A stretch of DNA of 47,578 bases, from NCBI GenBank assembly GCA_003477045.1, contig DMTS01000015.1:2837-50414 (forward strand), read 5' to 3'. The stretch is from Candidatus Delongbacteria bacterium. GTDB lineage: Bacteria; UBA4055. A program made the position numbers and the translations under genes. Of the stretch, positions 46,308 to 47,578 are shown piece by piece; the first letter of the stretch is position 1; each line of letters opens with the position of its first letter. Below the pieces are notes generated by a model. It saw only the letters and a list, made by a program, of their open reading frames with translations. It was not told the origin of the DNA and made no database searches.

Positions 46308-47555
46308 ATGGCTAAAACATTTCTGGTGCTCGGTGCAGGATCGAGAGGATTCACCTACGGCGAATACGCACTTGCGCTCCCCGACAAAGCTAAAGTTGTC
46401 GGAGTGGCTGAACCGAGGGATGAATACAGGAACAGATTCATTCAGAAGCACAATATAAAACCTGAATTCATATTCAACAGCTGGACTGAGGCGGCCGAAA
46501 AGAATAAATTCGCCGATGCAGTGATAATCGCCACGCAGGACTCGATGCATCTTGAGCCTGTTCTGGCCTTCGCAAAAAAAGGTTATCACATTCTGCTGGA
46601 AAAACCCATGGCTCCCGACCTTGAAAGCTGCGAAAAGATCGTCAAAGCGGTAAAAGACGCAGGCGTGATCTTTTCTGTCTGTCATGTTTTAAGATATACT
46701 GAATATACTCAAAAATTAAAATCCCTGCTCAATTCAGGTATCATCGGAGATATTGTGACCATCCAGCACCTTGAACCTGTGGGATGGTGGCATCAGGCGC
46801 ATTCGTTCGTAAGAGGCAACTGGCGCAACGAAAAAGAATCATCATTCATGCTGCTAGCAAAATCCTGCCACGACCTCGACTGGATAAGCTATGTCATGGG
46901 TAAAAAATGCGCTTCCGTTTCATCATTCGGAAGCCTGCATCATTTCAGAAAGGAAAAACAGCCAAAAGGAGCCGCGGACAGATGCTTCGACTGCCCGGAT
47001 AATATAGAATCAGCCTGCCCGTATTCGGCGAAAAAGATCTATTACGGATTTTTCGATAAAGGCGTTAGAGGCTGGCCGATAGATGTCATTACTGCCGATA
47101 TCAGCAGAGAGGGTGTAACAAAAGCCATCAAAGACGGACCTTACGGCAGATGCGTTTACGCCTGCGACAACGATGTTGTTGACAATCAGACCGTCAACCT
47201 GCTATTTGAGGAGGGAAGCACCTGCGTATTCACGATGACCGCATTCAATAAGCCTGATCACAGAAAAACAAAAATATTCGGCACTATGGGCGAAATATAT
47301 GGCGACGGAGTATTCATCGAGCATTTTGATTTCATAACGCAGAAAACAGAGAAAATAGACACGAGAATATCTGACAACAAGATCATGCAGGGTCACGGAG
47401 GCGGCGACTTCGGCATAATGAACAATTTCGTCAATGCGATCATAGCTGATGATCCCTCACTCGTCATCTCAGGCGCGGATGAAACCATCGAAAGCCACAG
47501 AATGGTCTTCAAGGCCGAACAGGCGAGAAGAAAGAATGTTGTAGTAGATATGTAA
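46308..47555 (+). CDS. Gfo/Idh/MocA-family NAD(P)-dependent oxidoreductase
   Basis: The Rossmann N-terminus is FLVLGAGSRG and the family EKP motif is LLEKPMA. AGGAG is the SD before ATG 46308. Confidence 0.8.
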   Translation: MAKTFLVLGAGSRGFTYGEYALALPDKAKVVGVAEPRDEYRNRFIQKHNIKPEFIFNSWTEAAEKNKFADAVIIATQDSMHLEPVLAFAKKGYHILLEKPMAPDLESCEKIVKAVKDAGVIFSVCHVLRYTEYTQKLKSLLNSGIIGDIVTIQHLEPVGWWHQAHSFVRGNWRNEKESSFMLLAKSCHDLDWISYVMGKKCASVSSFGSLHHFRKEKQPKGAADRCFDCPDNIESACPYSAKKIYYGFFDKGVRGWPIDVITADISREGVTKAIKDGPYGRCVYACDNDVVDNQTVNLLFEEGSTCVFTMTAFNKPDHRKTKIFGTMGEIYGDGVFIEHFDFITQKTEKIDTRISDNKIMQGHGGGDFGIMNNFVNAIIADDPSLVISGADETIESHRMVFKAEQARRKNVVVDM

Positions 47556-47578
47556 AAACCTGCGAAAAATACCTTATG

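Noticed and set aside
1-47578. CRISPR arrays, rRNA or tRNA genes, prophage or integrative elements anywhere in the window
   Set aside because: I saw no regularly spaced direct repeats, no rRNA-like conserved stretches and no cloverleaf candidates in the intergenic regions I inspected. No integrase, transposase or phage structural genes appear among the translated ORFs.

Overview
This 47.6 kb window is AT-rich, gene-dense and mostly plus-strand. It looks like chromosome from an uncultured anaerobic bacterium. The abundance of T9SS C-terminal sorting domains (NYPNPFNP...) and secreted peptidases suggests an FCB-group or Cloacimonadota-like, amino-acid-degrading organism; that placement is inference only.

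The first 13.4 kb is an accessory-looking block of T9SS cargo genes:
- the 3' end of one cargo gene;
- an internally duplicated Pmp-like beta-helix protein;
- a tandem array of four multidomain paralogs. Each has a papain-fold (C1-like) catalytic core, an acidic Ca-binding-like insertion, Ig-like segments and a NIDO-like module. Each ends in either a T9SS CTD or an FN3-like tail.

The rest is mainly housekeeping:
- rpsU, a cvpA-like gene, clpC, a GNAT, ogg, a parvulin PPIase and rnr;
- an aminotransferase with an unrecognised 413-aa partner;
- thrC followed by an apgM-like proposed homoserine kinase;
- a DUF748 giant envelope protein, a tricorn protease, PBP4, an Fe-ADH and rsgA.

Interspersed with these are:
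- a mazEF-type toxin-antitoxin pair;
- a very low-GC secreted ankyrin-repeat gene followed by a 570-nt unexplained non-coding stretch;
- a clan-CD (gingipain-like) peptidase operon;
- a kinase, nucleotidyltransferase and oxidoreductase nucleotide-sugar module.

I saw no rRNA, tRNA, CRISPR array, transposase or integrase by eye. All domain calls come from motif recognition in the supplied translations; no searches were run.
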